Of a stretch of 64,000 nt of DNA, positions 28,128-39,860 are shown piece after piece. The position numbers and the translations under genes were made by a program. This stretch comes from Acidobacteriota bacterium. GTDB lineage: Bacteria; Acidobacteriota; Blastocatellia; RBC074. Location: contig JAFDVI010000012.1 in assembly GCA_018269055.1 (NCBI GenBank), forward strand, positions 93,820-157,819. Direction: 5' to 3'. Every line of letters starts with the position of its first letter. Position 1 is the first letter of the stretch. A model generated the notes under the pieces. It ran no database searches. It was not told the origin of the DNA and saw only the letters and a program-made list of their open reading frames with translations.

Positions 28128-28937
28128 ATGAAACCATTTGCCGCAAACGCGCGCCGCTCTGATTTCTGTATGAAGGACTTTGTTGACCGCCATTCCGTTG
28201 TTCGCTCCATCTGGGGCTGTTCCGATACGATCTTGCTGGTGTTTGCCGGCGCGGCGGCGGAGTTCGCCCTGAATCGCGCAGTGGACTGGCTGTTTTTTAC
28301 GAACCGAATTCCCAACGATCCCATTGGGCGATTGTTTTCAACCGTACGGTATGGGCAGGAAATCGTTTTTGCCGACGAAGCGGCGGTTCAAAACGTCTTT
28401 CATCGTATCAACGCGGCACACTCCGCAGTGGAACAACGACGCGACCAACAGATTCCGGACTGGGCTTATCGCGATGTGCTTTACATGCTGATTGATTATT
28501 CCGAGCGCGCCTACGAACTGGTGCGCCGCCCGCTCAGCCTGGCGGAAAAAGATGATCTATACGATGTATTTTATCGTGTGGGCTTGGGGTTATATGTAAA
28601 GCAGCTTCCTCCAAATTATGCAGAATGGCGGATTGACCGGCAGCTTCATTTGGAGCGCGATCTCGCCTACAGCCAGCATACAGCTTTGCTTTATGAAAAA
28701 TACCGGCAACATTTGGGCTGGTGGCGATACCAATTGGTGTTGCGGCTGCAAGCTGCGTTGGTTCCTGACCATGTTCGCCGGTTGTTGAAGCTTGAACCGT
28801 TTCCAGTGCTCGCTCCAGCGTTGAAGGCGTATGGATTGTTTGGCGTGGGCAAATTGCGCTCAACCGCGCAGTGGCTGTTGCTGCCAGCCGATCGCCTGGA
28901 AGATGTCAGGCGACTCGATTCCGCCAGCATCGCCTGA
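28128..28937 (+). CDS. Hypothetical protein (possibly DUF2236/MpaB-type oxygenase-like)
   Basis: 269-aa ORF with coherent codon usage; weak resemblance to MpaB-like family only. Confidence 0.5.
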   Translation: MKPFAANARRSDFCMKDFVDRHSVVRSIWGCSDTILLVFAGAAAEFALNRAVDWLFFTNRIPNDPIGRLFSTVRYGQEIVFADEAAVQNVFHRINAAHSAVEQRRDQQIPDWAYRDVLYMLIDYSERAYELVRRPLSLAEKDDLYDVFYRVGLGLYVKQLPPNYAEWRIDRQLHLERDLAYSQHTALLYEKYRQHLGWWRYQLVLRLQAALVPDHVRRLLKLEPFPVLAPALKAYGLFGVGKLRSTAQWLLLPADRLEDVRRLDSASIA

Positions 28938-28992
28938 GCCTTTAGCGAGGGCTTGCCCTGAATTTACCGGTCAAAGTATTTCGAGAAAACTG

Positions 28993-30102
28993 ATGTGGCA
29001 ACGACATAAAATCTTATGGATTTCCATTGCGGCAGGCTGGATGCTGATTGCGCTGTCGTTCACGCTGAATTACTTTTTCTTTTCCAGTCATTACGTCACG
29101 ATTTTCAGCACGCCACCGACGTTGTTGCAGATGCTGGTCTGGGAAATTCCTTATTGGATTTTGTGGGCGGCGCTGGCTCCGGTGGTGTTTTTGATTACAC
29201 GCCGGTTTCCGCTGGAACGGCAATCGTGGTTGCGGAATGCTTCGATTCACGCGGCAGCGGGTATCGGCCTGGCCATCGCCCATCGGATTGTTTACCTGCC
29301 AATTTGCTGGCTGCTGTACGTGGACGTGTACCGGAAAATGCCTTCGCTGACGGATTTATACGCGTCGGATTTGCTGTTCAACCTGCCAACGGGTTTGATG
29401 TGTTACGGCACGTTTTTGCTGGTCAGTAACGTCATCGAATACTACGAACAATCGCAGGCGGGCAAACTTCGCGCGTCGCAATTGGAAGCGCAACTGGCGC
29501 AATCGCAGTTGCTGGCGCTGAAAATGCAATTGCATCCGCATTTTTTGTTCAACACGCTGAATTCAATCTCCGCTCTGCAAATGACCGATGTCGAAGCCGC
29601 CAATCGAATGACAGCTCGGCTGGGCGATTTTCTGCGGATGACGCTGGACAACGTCGGCGCGCAGGAAGTCACGCTGCGACAGGAAATGGAGTTTCTACGC
29701 TGTTACCTGGAAATTGAACGCATACGATTTCAGGATCGCATGGAACTGACGATGGACATTGATCCGGACGCGCTGGATGTGCATGTGCCGAACTTGATTC
29801 TGCAGCCGCTGCTGGAAAATTCGATCAAATACACGGTGCTTCTCAGAACCGGCACCGGGCATATCCAAATTCGAGCCAATCGTTCTGCGGAAGTTTTACG
29901 AGTGCAAGTGGAAGACGACGGCATTGGTTTGCAGATGCCTCGCAACAGCAACCAGGTGACGCGCGGAGGCGTTGGCTTATCCAACACCAAAGAGCGTTTA
30001 AGGCAGCTTTACGGAAACCTGCAGAGCTTCGCGCTGGATCATTCGTCGAGCGGCGGCGTGCTGGTGACAATGGAAATTCCGATTCATAGAAATGGCAATT
30101 GA
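28993..30102 (+). CDS. LytS/YehU-type membrane sensor histidine kinase
   Basis: 4-5 N-terminal TM helices; His_kinase H-box LKMQLHPHFLFNTLNSISAL; HATPase (QPLLENSIKY, GGVGLSNTKERL); start chosen at MWQRHK. Confidence 0.85.
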   Translation: MWQRHKILWISIAAGWMLIALSFTLNYFFFSSHYVTIFSTPPTLLQMLVWEIPYWILWAALAPVVFLITRRFPLERQSWLRNASIHAAAGIGLAIAHRIVYLPICWLLYVDVYRKMPSLTDLYASDLLFNLPTGLMCYGTFLLVSNVIEYYEQSQAGKLRASQLEAQLAQSQLLALKMQLHPHFLFNTLNSISALQMTDVEAANRMTARLGDFLRMTLDNVGAQEVTLRQEMEFLRCYLEIERIRFQDRMELTMDIDPDALDVHVPNLILQPLLENSIKYTVLLRTGTGHIQIRANRSAEVLRVQVEDDGIGLQMPRNSNQVTRGGVGLSNTKERLRQLYGNLQSFALDHSSSGGVLVTMEIPIHRNGN

Positions 30103-30874
30103 AACCAAACCAATTCGCGCCGTGATCGTGGACGACGAACCATTGGGACGCACTGTCATCCGTGAAATGTTGCGCCGCGACCGGGATTTCGCCGTCGTTG
30201 GCGAATGCGCAAACGGCTACGAAGCCATCGCCATCATCAATGCCGAACGCCCTGATTTGGTTTTTCTGGACGTGCAGATGCCAGAAATAGACGGGTTTGA
30301 AGTGCTCTCGGCGCTGGATGCCGATCAATTGCCGTTGGTCATATTCGTGACGGCGTACGACCAATACGCGGTCAGCGCCTTTGAAGTCCATGCGGTGGAT
30401 TATCTGCTGAAACCGTTTGACCGCGAACGCTTCGGCAAAGCATTGCAGCGCGCCAAAGATCAATTGCAGCAGGAACAAAACAGCGACCTCAGTCAGCGCA
30501 TTCTGGCGCTGCTGGAAGAGCAGCGGGCAAAACCGAAATACTTGGAACGACTGGTCATCAAAACCAATGGCCGCATTTTCTTCCTGAAGACCGAAGAAAT
30601 TGATTGGATCAGCGCCGAAGGCAATTACATCAATCTGCACGTCAAAAAAGATTCTTACCTTTTACGCGAAACCATCAGCCATTTGGAAACGCAACTCGAC
30701 CCGCAACGCTTTGCGCGCATCCACCGTTCGCAAATCGTCAACCTTGACCGCATCCGCGAACTTCGCCATTGGTCGCATGGCGAATACCAGATCATCCTGC
30801 ACGGCGGCGAAGAACTAATGCTCAGCCGCAGCTACCGCGAAAAGCTGCACGAACTGCTTGGCGGCATATTCTGA
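30092..30874 (+). CDS. LytR/AlgR-family response regulator (REC + LytTR DNA-binding domain)
   Basis: IRAVIVDDEPLGR...DLVFLDVQMPEIDGFEV receiver; C-terminal LytTR (IDWISAEGNYINLH...); overlaps the kinase gene end. Confidence 0.9.
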   Translation: MAIETKPIRAVIVDDEPLGRTVIREMLRRDRDFAVVGECANGYEAIAIINAERPDLVFLDVQMPEIDGFEVLSALDADQLPLVIFVTAYDQYAVSAFEVHAVDYLLKPFDRERFGKALQRAKDQLQQEQNSDLSQRILALLEEQRAKPKYLERLVIKTNGRIFFLKTEEIDWISAEGNYINLHVKKDSYLLRETISHLETQLDPQRFARIHRSQIVNLDRIRELRHWSHGEYQIILHGGEELMLSRSYREKLHELLGGIF

Positions 30875-30917
30875 TTGCCATGACTTTCCCGCTAAATCCG
30901 TAACACCTCAGTCCGCA

Positions 30918-30948
30918 TTCGTCACAACCGCAGGCCTGTTCATCACAA
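30918..30948 (+). promoter_or_regulatory. Candidate LytTR binding site: 10-bp direct repeats TTCGTCACAA / TTCATCACAA with 21-bp periodicity
   Basis: Repeat spacing matches the known LytTR-family site architecture (9-10 bp repeats, 12-bp spacer); located ~75-105 bp upstream of the APC permease start. Confidence 0.45.
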
Positions 30949-31022
30949 AAAGCTATTCGGCCTGAAAACCGCTTCATAAGATCGTCCGGCGAACCATCAA
31001 ATCAAACATTGGAGACGATTTC

Positions 31023-32564
31023 ATGAGCGGATTGTTCATTACCAAACCTCTGGACAAAATTCTGAAAGAAGCGAATGAAGAAGGCCAGCACGGGTTGAAA
31101 CGCGTTTTGGGGCCGCTGAACCTGATTGCCTTGGGCATCGGTGCGGTCATCGGCGCAGGCATTTTCGTCATCACGGGTTCTGTGGCCGCGCGCTTTGCCG
31201 GACCGAGCATTACGCTTTCCTTTGTTTTGGCGGGAGTCGGATGCGCGCTGGCGGGCCTTTGTTATGCGGAACTGGCCGCGATGATTCCGGTATCGGGTTC
31301 TGCATATACCTACGCGTACGCTTCAATGGGAGAATTTATCGCCTGGATCATCGGTTGGGATTTGATTCTGGAATACGCCTTCAGCGCGGCAACCGTGGCT
31401 TCGGGGTTGAGCGCGAACGCTGTCAGCCTGCTTCAGGATTTCGGCGTGCATTTGCCGCCGCGATTGATCGAAACGCCAGGTCAGGAGTTGTACTTTTTTC
31501 AGGGAAGGTGGGAGGTACTGACGACAATTGCTCCGGCGGTGAAAGCCGCAGGCATCAGCGCCGATTCGCTGCCGCACGTGACGGCGATTTTCAATCTGCC
31601 AGCATTCATTGCCGTTTGTGTGGTGACGGCGATTTTGGTGGTTGGCGTCAAAGAATCTGCCAATCTGAACGTGGCGATTGTCTTCGTGAAATTGGCGACT
31701 GTCATGATCTTCATCGTCATCGCCGCGGCGTTCCTTTGGAAAAATCCGCAAATCGCTTCGGCCAACTGGCATCCGTTCGTTCCTGAAAACACCGGAAAAT
31801 TTGGCGAATTCGGCTGGTCGGGAATTGCGCGCGGAGCTTCCAGTATCTTTTTCGCCTTCATCGGATTCGATGCCGTCTCGACCGCTGCGCAGGAAGCGCG
31901 CAATCCACAGCGCGACATGCCCATCGGACTTCTTGGCTCGCTGGCGATCTGCACCTTGTTGTACATCGTGGTGAGCGGCTTGCTGACCGGCGTCGTGCAT
32001 TATTCGCAATTGAATGTTGCGGCTCCGGTGGCGCTGGCGATTGATGCGACGGGCGTGAAATGGGGAAGCTTGCTGGTCAAATCGGGAACGATTGCCGGCA
32101 CGGCGACAGTGATGATGATGACGCTGATGGGGCAGTCGCGAATCTTTTTTGTGATGTCAAAAGACGGAATGTTGCCGTCCTGGGCCGGAACCATTCACCC
32201 TCGTTTTCGCACGCCGTGGATTTCGTCCATCGTAGTCGGGTTGTTCATCGCTGTTTTTGCCGGATTGCTGCCGATCAGCATTCTGGGGGATTTGGTGAAC
32301 ATCGGAACGCTCTTCGCATTCATCATTGTATGTTTTGGAGTCTGGATTCTGCGCAAAAAACGGCCCGATTTGCCCAGGCCATTCAAAACGCCCTGGGTTC
32401 CAGTCGTGCCTGTGCTTGGCGTGGTTGTGTCGTTCCTGTTGATGGCGATGCTGCCGTGGGATACCTGGCTGCGGTTAATCGTCTGGCTGGTAATCGGCCT
32501 AGTGATCTACTTCACTTACAGCGGCAAACGAAGCATCCTGCGCGCCAATCCGCATCTGGAATAA
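31023..32564 (+). CDS. APC-superfamily amino-acid permease (cationic amino acid transporter-like)
   Basis: LKRVLGPLNLIALGIGAVIGAGIFVITGSVAARFAGPSITLSFVLAGVGCALAGLCYAELAAMIPVSGSAYTYAY, the canonical APC consensus region. Confidence 0.9.
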   Translation: MSGLFITKPLDKILKEANEEGQHGLKRVLGPLNLIALGIGAVIGAGIFVITGSVAARFAGPSITLSFVLAGVGCALAGLCYAELAAMIPVSGSAYTYAYASMGEFIAWIIGWDLILEYAFSAATVASGLSANAVSLLQDFGVHLPPRLIETPGQELYFFQGRWEVLTTIAPAVKAAGISADSLPHVTAIFNLPAFIAVCVVTAILVVGVKESANLNVAIVFVKLATVMIFIVIAAAFLWKNPQIASANWHPFVPENTGKFGEFGWSGIARGASSIFFAFIGFDAVSTAAQEARNPQRDMPIGLLGSLAICTLLYIVVSGLLTGVVHYSQLNVAAPVALAIDATGVKWGSLLVKSGTIAGTATVMMMTLMGQSRIFFVMSKDGMLPSWAGTIHPRFRTPWISSIVVGLFIAVFAGLLPISILGDLVNIGTLFAFIIVCFGVWILRKKRPDLPRPFKTPWVPVVPVLGVVVSFLLMAMLPWDTWLRLIVWLVIGLVIYFTYSGKRSILRANPHLE

Positions 32565-32565
32565 A

Positions 32566-34224
32566 TCAAACTTCCAACACGACGGGAATAATCATCGGCC
32601 GTCGTCCGGTTTCGCGTTGAATGTGGCGCTTCAGCTCCAGTCGGATTTTTTCCTTGATCACAGCCCAGTCAGTGCGTTCCTGATGCGTGGCACTGGCGAT
32701 GGTTTCGGCAACGATAACACGAGACCTGCTCAGGAATTCGCCGCCTTCGTCGCTCAACGCCAGACCGCGTTGAATGACTTCAGGCGCGGATTCCAACTCA
32801 CCGGAAGTTTTGTTGATCGCCACAATCGGCAGCACGATGCCGTCGTAGGCCAGATGTTTGCGGTCGCGAAGCACCAGTTCGTCAATGCGTCCCGACCCGG
32901 AATCGTCTATCAATGTTCTGCCGACGGTAATCTTTTCGGGAATCTCGACGCTGGCTTCATCCAGCGCAATCACATCGCCGCTTTCCGCCAAAACGATTCG
33001 ATTGTTGGGCACACCCCATTTGCGAGCGGCTTCGGCGTGACGATAAAGCTGGCGAGTTTCGCCATGAATCGGGATCAGGAATTTGGGACGCACGGCGTCA
33101 TACATGATCTTCAAATCTTCCTGCCGCCCGTGTCCCGAAACGTGAATCCGGGCGATGCTGGAATCAATCACGCGGGCGTCTTTTTTGAACAGGTGGTTCA
33201 TCATCCGCGAAATGGATTTTTCATTACCGGGAATTTGCCGCGCCGAAATGACAACCGTGTCGCCTTTGATCACGCTGGCGTCTTTGTGCTGGTCAACCGA
33301 CATTCGCGGTAAAGCAGCCATCGGCTCCCCCTGGCTGCCCGTCACCAGCAAACAAACCTCGTCGGGGGCCAGGCGTTTAGCCTGCGCCGGGCTGACCAGC
33401 AGATCGTCGTCAACGTCCAAATACCCATGTCGCATCGCCACTTCGACATTGCGAATCATGCTGCGACCGATCAGCGCCACTGCGCGTTTGGTTTCCGCCG
33501 CCAGGTCAAACACGATTTGCAACCGGTGAACGCTGGTCGCGAAACACGAAACAATCAGACGCCCTTGAGCCTCCTGAAAGATTTTCTCAAATGCCGGGAT
33601 GACGGCTTTTTCGGAACCTGTGCGGCCTTCGCGTTCGACGTTGGTCGAATCCGCCAGCAACGCCAGCACGCCCTGATCACCAAGCTGATTCAACCGTTTC
33701 AGGTCAATGGCGTCACCCATTACAGGAGTTTCGTCCACCTTAAAATCTCCCGTGTGAACGATGACCCCAACCGGCGTGTGAATCGCCAGCGCGACGCAAT
33801 CCACCAGTGAATGCGAAACACGAACGAATTCGATCTCAAACGCTCCCAACTTGAACGGCTTTTTCGTGGGAATGGTATGCGTTTGCACCATATCCAGCAG
33901 ACCGAATTCCTGCAACTTGCCTTCGATCAGCCCCAGCGTGAACTGGGTGGCATAAATCGGCACGTTGGCAACCTGTAACACGAACGGCAGAGCGCCAACG
34001 TGATCTTCGTGCGCGTGCGTCAACACGATGGCGGTCAATTCATCACGATGTTCTTCGATGTAGCTGAGGTCTGGAATCGCGATGTCAACGCCGAGTAAAT
34101 CTTCGTCGGGAAACATCATGCCGCAATCCACAATGATCATCTGGTCTTCGTATCGAAAGACCGTCATGTTCATTCCGAATTGCCCTAAACCGCCCAATGG
34201 AGTGATTTGAAGTTTGCTTGCCAT
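32566..34224 (-). CDS. rnj: Ribonuclease J
   Basis: [19 protein letters not shown]...[14 protein letters not shown] metallo-beta-lactamase/beta-CASP RNase J signature; 552 aa. Confidence 0.9.
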   Translation of the reverse strand: MASKLQITPLGGLGQFGMNMTVFRYEDQMIIVDCGMMFPDEDLLGVDIAIPDLSYIEEHRDELTAIVLTHAHEDHVGALPFVLQVANVPIYATQFTLGLIEGKLQEFGLLDMVQTHTIPTKKPFKLGAFEIEFVRVSHSLVDCVALAIHTPVGVIVHTGDFKVDETPVMGDAIDLKRLNQLGDQGVLALLADSTNVEREGRTGSEKAVIPAFEKIFQEAQGRLIVSCFATSVHRLQIVFDLAAETKRAVALIGRSMIRNVEVAMRHGYLDVDDDLLVSPAQAKRLAPDEVCLLVTGSQGEPMAALPRMSVDQHKDASVIKGDTVVISARQIPGNEKSISRMMNHLFKKDARVIDSSIARIHVSGHGRQEDLKIMYDAVRPKFLIPIHGETRQLYRHAEAARKWGVPNNRIVLAESGDVIALDEASVEIPEKITVGRTLIDDSGSGRIDELVLRDRKHLAYDGIVLPIVAINKTSGELESAPEVIQRGLALSDEGGEFLSRSRVIVAETIASATHQERTDWAVIKEKIRLELKRHIQRETGRRPMIIPVVLEV

Positions 34225-35130
34225 TTATAAACGTTCGCTTTCTGTCATCTGGCGGGAGAGTATATCCGAATCGGCTTCCGTAGCCATAACGCCCACGCCT
34301 AACCGATAAATTTCCTCTGCCAGTTCTGCCAGTTCTGCGATGGTTAACGTTTCCGCTCTTCGCTGAGGATCGAGCTTCGCCGCCGCCAAAGCCTTTCGAA
34401 TTGTATCCGCCGCCGGAAGTTTCAATCGCATCCAACCCGCGCGCAAATTGTTCAAAATCGTTTTTCGACGCTGGGAAAACAGGGTTTTGGTCAATTCCAA
34501 AAACAGGTTTTCATCGCTGACCGCAATCGCAGGTTGAGGCCGAACTTTCAACCGAACGACGCTGGAAACGACTTTGGGGACGGGGCGAAATGCGCTCGGC
34601 GGCACGTCAAATAACGGTTCGGCTTCGCAATAAAACTGCACCAGCACGGACAGGTAACCGTATTCCTTGCCGCCGGGGTTGGCCGTGATGCGTTCGACAA
34701 CTTCGCGCTGTAACATCAAGGTCATCTCGGTGATGCAGCGGCGATGCTCAATCAATCGCTGCAAAATCGGCGTGGAAATGTTGTAGGGAAGATTGGCGAC
34801 GACGCGCGCGGCCGAAGCCGGAGAAATAAGCTGGCAGAAATCCACCTCCAGCGCGTCGGCTTCGATCAATTTGAAATTTTCCCGGCTTGCAAAACTGCTG
34901 GCCAGAATGGGCGCCAAATCGCGATCCACTTCGATGGCAATGACTCGCGCGCCGCTTTCAATCAACAGTTCGGTCAACGCTCCGTGTCCCGGCCCAATTT
35001 CCAAAACGGTTTCGCCAGCTTGCGGCCTGACCGAAGCGACAATTCGTTCGCAGTAATGCGATTTGACCAGAAAATTTTGTCCGAGTCTGCGTTTGGCTTT
35101 CATTTCCGAAAAGTAACTGCCCGTCATCAA
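34225..35130 (-). CDS. rsmA: 16S rRNA (adenine1518/1519-N6)-dimethyltransferase
   Basis: [11 protein letters not shown]...[15 protein letters not shown]...[12 protein letters not shown] are KsgA/RsmA signatures; the true start may be the internal Met (MKAKRR). Confidence 0.9.
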   Translation of the reverse strand: MMTGSYFSEMKAKRRLGQNFLVKSHYCERIVASVRPQAGETVLEIGPGHGALTELLIESGARVIAIEVDRDLAPILASSFASRENFKLIEADALEVDFCQLISPASAARVVANLPYNISTPILQRLIEHRRCITEMTLMLQREVVERITANPGGKEYGYLSVLVQFYCEAEPLFDVPPSAFRPVPKVVSSVVRLKVRPQPAIAVSDENLFLELTKTLFSQRRKTILNNLRAGWMRLKLPAADTIRKALAAAKLDPQRRAETLTIAELAELAEEIYRLGVGVMATEADSDILSRQMTESERL

Positions 35131-35135
35131 CCGGA

Positions 35136-36338
35136 TTATTCAAATAATCCTTCCACATAAGCCTTCGGATCAAAGACAACCAGATCATCTGCTTTTTCGC
35201 CGATGCCGCAATATCGAATCGGCAAATTCAACTCTTTGGCAATGGCGACAGCGATGCCGCCTTTGGCCGTGCCGTCCAGCTTTGTCAGCACCAAGCCTGT
35301 GATGTCCGCTGCTTTCATAAATTCGCGCGCTTGGCTCAAACCGTTTTGGCCCGTCACGGCGTCCACTACCAGCAGAACTTCGTGCGGAGCGCCCGGTACT
35401 TCACGGCTCGCAATACGCTTCATTTTTTCCAGTTCGGCCATCAGGTTGGATTTGTTGTGCAACCGTCCGGCGGTGTCCACGATCAACACATCGGCGTTGC
35501 GCGCTTTGGCTGCTTTCAGCGAATCGAACAACACCGCCGCCGGGTCGGTTCCCTGTTTCTGTTGAATCAGCGGGACTCCGGCGCGATCCGCCCAGATGGC
35601 CAGTTGATCCGATGCCGCAGCGCGGAATGTGTCGGCGGCACAGATCAAAATTTCGTTTCCTTCGGCTTTGATGCGCTGCGCCAGTTTGCCAATCGTCGTC
35701 GTTTTGCCGACGCCATTGACGCCAACGATCATCATCACATACGGACGCACATCGTCCGGCACAGACGTTTCCGAAGCGACGCCGCGCGCGCGTTCGGCAT
35801 TTTCCAGAATGTCCAGCAGGTTTTGTTTGATCGTTCGCTTCAGTTCATCCACGTCTTTCAGCGTCTGGCGATCCACTTGTTTGCGCACGTTTTCGATAAT
35901 GTCCATCGTCGTTTGCACGCCGATGTCCGCCCCGATCAATGCTTCTTCCAATTCATCCAGCGTCGCGGCATCAATTGCCTTCTTGCCTTTGACGGCGTCT
36001 TCAATGCGAGTGGCGATGTTTTCGCGCGTGGAGGTAATGGCTTTGCGGAATCGCTTGAGAAATCCCTCGTCTGTGGAATCTTCCTCCGGCACCGGTGCAG
36101 GCTTGAAAGCTTCAACGACTGGAACTGGCGCAGGAACCTCTGCGACGGGTTTGGCAACAGGCGCTTCAACTTTTGCTGGCTCTGGAATCGGAACTGCCGG
36201 AACTTCCGCCTTCACAGGTTTGACTGGTGCTGTTTCAACCGCCGGTTCTGATTTTGATTCAACAGGCTGTTCAACTTCGGAATCAAATGCGCTTAAATTC
36301 AGCGAGATGAAATCGCTCTTTTTTCTTTTCCAAAACAT
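35136..36338 (-). CDS. ftsY: Signal recognition particle receptor FtsY
   Basis: Acidic/Pro-Ala-rich N-terminus; SRP GTPase domain [34 protein letters not shown]. Confidence 0.95.
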   Translation of the reverse strand: MFWKRKKSDFISLNLSAFDSEVEQPVESKSEPAVETAPVKPVKAEVPAVPIPEPAKVEAPVAKPVAEVPAPVPVVEAFKPAPVPEEDSTDEGFLKRFRKAITSTRENIATRIEDAVKGKKAIDAATLDELEEALIGADIGVQTTMDIIENVRKQVDRQTLKDVDELKRTIKQNLLDILENAERARGVASETSVPDDVRPYVMMIVGVNGVGKTTTIGKLAQRIKAEGNEILICAADTFRAAASDQLAIWADRAGVPLIQQKQGTDPAAVLFDSLKAAKARNADVLIVDTAGRLHNKSNLMAELEKMKRIASREVPGAPHEVLLVVDAVTGQNGLSQAREFMKAADITGLVLTKLDGTAKGGIAVAIAKELNLPIRYCGIGEKADDLVVFDPKAYVEGLFE

Positions 36339-36373
36339 AAATTCAAAAACTCTCTCTCAAATTTCAATCGGCA

Positions 36374-37603
36374 TCAATCGCCGATTGCCATCGCTTCTCT
36401 GGTTCTGGCTCGCGCGATGTCTTCGTCTTTCGGATAACGCCACAGCAATGCAGCCGAAGCCAGCGGCAGAACCGACACGATCAGCAACGCTTCCATAAAT
36501 CCAACGCGGCTGCTCAACACGCCGGTCAGTGGGGCCATCAGCGCGCCCGCGCCCCAGGCAAATCCCATCATCAATGCCGAAACCGTGCTGGCTCCGCCAG
36601 GAACCATTCGCTGCGCCATCACGACGCTGATCGGAATCGGCAAATTCAGCATGGTTCCTCCCAGCATCAACAAAACGTAGCTCGGCAAGCCGCTCAAGGA
36701 AAAAGCTCCCACCAGCAAGGGCGTTGCCAGCAGCATCGCCAGCAAGGTCACTCGTCGCGCGCCAAAACGATCTGCCAGCGCGCCGCCGAAAAATCCTCCG
36801 ATGCCTCCAAACAGGATAAAGCCTGCCAAAATCCAACTCCGTCCGGTATCGCTCATGCCATTGCTTTGCAGCGCGAATGGCAAAAAGGTCTGCACGCTGA
36901 CTGACACCGCCGAGCGCAAAACGACGGCGAAGTACAATAGCGTCAGTGGAACCCAGGCTGCGCGTAACGCCTGCTTCAAACTCGGCGCATTTTCTTTTTT
37001 CTCGACTCGTTCGAGCGACGGACAATACCGCAGCATCAACAGCCATACCGCTACCCCCCAACCCATCGTGTACCAACTGTGCTCCAATCCATACAAACTT
37101 ACAGCGGCGGCGATCAATACAGGCCCCAGCGCATAACCAACCGTTCCAGCAGAGGAAAAAATGCTCATCACCATGCCCTGATGCTTGCCAAGCCCGTCTT
37201 CTGAAGCCGCGCGCGAAACCATCGCTGCGCTTTGCGGGTGAAATGCTCCGACGCCCATTCCCCCAATCACGACAAACGTTATCAACATCGGCAAGCTGGT
37301 CGCCGTCCCCAGCATGGACAAAAACACCGCTGCCACCAGCGGGCCAAACACTGCCATCGAACGTTTCAAGTATCGGTCAGAAATCATCCCGTAAACCGGC
37401 TGCATCAGCGACGAACTGATCATCAACAGCGGCGTCAGGAATCCTGCCTGCGCCGGTTTCAACCCCAGCCGCAAAGTCATCACCGGCAACAATTGAAACA
37501 GAAAGCTGGAATAGGAATCCAGCACGGCGTGTGTCGTCGAAAGCAAGGCGATGGTGGACTTGGCTTGTTTGTTCATAGAGGTCAATCTACAGTTTCTGGT
37601 CAC
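36374..37603 (-). CDS. MFS transporter
   Basis: 12 predicted TM helices; MFS loop motif ([11 protein letters not shown]). Confidence 0.8.
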   Translation of the reverse strand: MTRNCRLTSMNKQAKSTIALLSTTHAVLDSYSSFLFQLLPVMTLRLGLKPAQAGFLTPLLMISSSLMQPVYGMISDRYLKRSMAVFGPLVAAVFLSMLGTATSLPMLITFVVIGGMGVGAFHPQSAAMVSRAASEDGLGKHQGMVMSIFSSAGTVGYALGPVLIAAAVSLYGLEHSWYTMGWGVAVWLLMLRYCPSLERVEKKENAPSLKQALRAAWVPLTLLYFAVVLRSAVSVSVQTFLPFALQSNGMSDTGRSWILAGFILFGGIGGFFGGALADRFGARRVTLLAMLLATPLLVGAFSLSGLPSYVLLMLGGTMLNLPIPISVVMAQRMVPGGASTVSALMMGFAWGAGALMAPLTGVLSSRVGFMEALLIVSVLPLASAALLWRYPKDEDIARARTREAMAIGD

Positions 37604-38348
37604 GATATTTAGACGCAGCTTCTACGAATTCACTGAAAATCGCTTGCGACAGTCGGTCGTCCCGCCAAGCAATTTCGGGATGCCACTGCACTCCCAGCAC
37701 AAAGCGATCCGAACGAACATCAATGACAGCTTCGACAATACCATCAAAAGCACAGCCAATTACACGAAGATCACGCCCTACGTTCGCAACAGCTTGGTGA
37801 TGGCTGCTGTTGACGCGAACCGTTTCGCTTCCTGCCAGTTTTGCCAGCAAAGAATCAGTTTCGATTTTGACGCTATGCGAAGGGCGAGAGTAAATCTGTC
37901 CCTGTTCGTGTTTGATGGGATTGCCGACCTGGGATTCAATGTCCTGAATTAACGTGCCTCCGCGCGAAACATTCAACGATTGCATGCCGAAACAAATCGC
38001 CAATACCGGCATCGCCATCGCTTCGGCAAATTCCAGCATGATCAAATCTGTTTGATCGCGTTCGGGAAAGACCGGGCCAAGTTTCGGATGCGGTTCTTCA
38101 CCGTAAAGCGCAGGATCAAGGTCGCTATTACTGCCAGAAAGCGCCAAACCGTCCAGCCGATCACATAACGCACTCAAGTACTCACTCTTGGGAATGAGCG
38201 GAATGTGAATCGGTATGCCCCCGGCAGCCTCCACAGCTTCGGAATAATAGCGCCGCAAATAGAATGTATCTTCAGTATTTAAGCGTTCCGTGATGCCTAT
38301 CAGCGGACGAGAATTTGGCAAGTTTTTCGATAAACTCACAACCGGCAA
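37587..38348 (-). CDS. Class I glutamine amidotransferase-like / gamma-glutamyl-GABA hydrolase (peptidase C26)
   Basis: LIGIT...[17 protein letters not shown]...[11 protein letters not shown]...WHPE are C26/PuuD-like catalytic features. Confidence 0.8.
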   Translation of the reverse strand: MPVVSLSKNLPNSRPLIGITERLNTEDTFYLRRYYSEAVEAAGGIPIHIPLIPKSEYLSALCDRLDGLALSGSNSDLDPALYGEEPHPKLGPVFPERDQTDLIMLEFAEAMAMPVLAICFGMQSLNVSRGGTLIQDIESQVGNPIKHEQGQIYSRPSHSVKIETDSLLAKLAGSETVRVNSSHHQAVANVGRDLRVIGCAFDGIVEAVIDVRSDRFVLGVQWHPEIAWRDDRLSQAIFSEFVEAASKYRDQKL

Positions 38349-38451
38349 GCGGCGAGAACTCCTTCAACCAAGATGCATTGTGCCAGTAAGTGAGCGAGTG
38401 TAAGCGGCAGTTTGAGGCTTGTCAAAAATGAGGTTTTCCCGCTCTTGCGAC

Positions 38452-38505
38452 CCCAAAAACCAAGAGGCGAGCCAATGAAAGCTCGCCTCTTGGTTTTGTC
38501 TTTTT
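38452..38505 (-). terminator. Rho-independent terminator downstream of secreted paralogue 1
   Basis: 15-bp perfect stem AACCAAGAGGCGAGC/GCTCGCCTCTTGGTT with 8-nt loop, followed on the transcribed (minus) strand by a T-run. Confidence 0.75.
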
Positions 38506-38529
38506 AGACGTTTGTGCCAATTACCATCA

Positions 38530-39543
38530 TTAGCAGCTCGGCGGGAAGACTGGGACGATGTAACCATCCACACAGTTCAGCGTCAGGTGATGCAGGTTGT
38601 GACCACCATTGAACGCGCCAGCGCTGGAAGCCGCGTTCGCATTGAAGTTGATCGCTGCGCCCAGGATCGCGATCGCGCCCGTCTGGTTGAAGAATTTCAC
38701 CCAACCCGTGCGACCTGCCGGAATGAAGGTTTCAAAACGCGGTGTCGTGCGCGGGAAGTTGTTCGACAGGGTATTGCGCAACTGGCAGCTTCCGCTCACC
38801 GAGAAGCTCAGCACGTTTTCCGCATCGTCGTACAACAGTCCGAAAAGTGTGCCCAGCGTCGAAGCGCCGATACCCAGGTTGCCGCCTACGCGGTTGATGA
38901 TGATCAATGTGTCATTGCCATCTGCACGGCTGCCGACGTTGTCCAACGCCAACACGGCCGGAGCGCAGTTGTAACCGTTGGCTGCGTCACCGGTGATTCC
39001 ATTGAACCTGATGACAGCAGTTACGGAGTTGGCATCGCAGCCGGGCACTCTGCCGTTGTAAAGAGCCGAGAAAGCCACCGCGCCCAAATTGGCCGCGTGA
39101 CCGCTGGTGAATTTCACATATTCATCACCGATCAGGGAATTGAAGCCGATTGGGCAGCCAAGCACGCCATCCACAGACACGGCCACGATGTAACCGGTGA
39201 TGCCAGGATCAACGTCGGAAGCCAGGAAGGAAGCGGTCTGGTTCGCCGTCAAGCAAATGAAGCTGTCAGCGATCGAGCAACCTTCTGCAACGAAGTAGAG
39301 GTGGACAAACTGCGCAAAAAAAGGATCTGTGTTGGTGATGTTGATGCGCGTGTTCTGGGTGTTGCCGGAAGTCGCGCCCGATGTGTAGACGTTGTAGAAG
39401 AGGATTGAGCCAGCCTTTTGGTCGCTCGCTTCAGAGGCGGCCGGATATGCAAGTCCCGGATCTGCTGCCAATGCAAAAGACGACATGACAACCAACGCGA
39501 ATAGTGCCAACAATGCGTGTGTGAGTTTGTGTGAAATACGCAT
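38530..39543 (-). CDS. Secreted Cys-containing protein of unknown family (paralogue 1 of tandem pair)
   Basis: Signal peptide [26 protein letters not shown]; strong RBS AAGGAGAAT; 10 Cys; ends ...PVFPPSC; ~75% identical to the upstream paralogue. Confidence 0.85.
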   Translation of the reverse strand: MRISHKLTHALLALFALVVMSSFALAADPGLAYPAASEASDQKAGSILFYNVYTSGATSGNTQNTRINITNTDPFFAQFVHLYFVAEGCSIADSFICLTANQTASFLASDVDPGITGYIVAVSVDGVLGCPIGFNSLIGDEYVKFTSGHAANLGAVAFSALYNGRVPGCDANSVTAVIRFNGITGDAANGYNCAPAVLALDNVGSRADGNDTLIIINRVGGNLGIGASTLGTLFGLLYDDAENVLSFSVSGSCQLRNTLSNNFPRTTPRFETFIPAGRTGWVKFFNQTGAIAILGAAINFNANAASSAGAFNGGHNLHHLTLNCVDGYIVPVFPPSC

Positions 39544-39860
39544 TTAAATTCTCCTTGTTAAATGAGCTTGAACATTTGAAGTCTTAGGAACGAAGGTCAG
39601 TACCTTCTTCAAGAATCTTCATAAATCGGAAATTACCAGTGACGCGAGAAGTTCGCAGGCTTTCAATGTGAGTAAAGCGAGGGAAAACCTGCGTGACGCT
39701 CGAATAGTGTCCCGACAACGTCTGTGAGTCAAGACCTAATCGGAAAAATTTCTCTTCATTCAGATTTGGAACCACAACTCAGGACTTATAAGTTAAAGAA
39801 GCGGACCACATTTGACCCGCCTCTTTCTCCGGACAAACTACTCAATGTGCCAACCATCGT

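Noticed and set aside
35331-36498. Two long plus-strand ORFs (306 and 289 aa) overlapping ftsY
   Set aside because: They are antisense to a clearly identified SRP-receptor gene and are low-complexity Ala/Ser/Thr/Arg-rich frames of GC-rich coding sequence.
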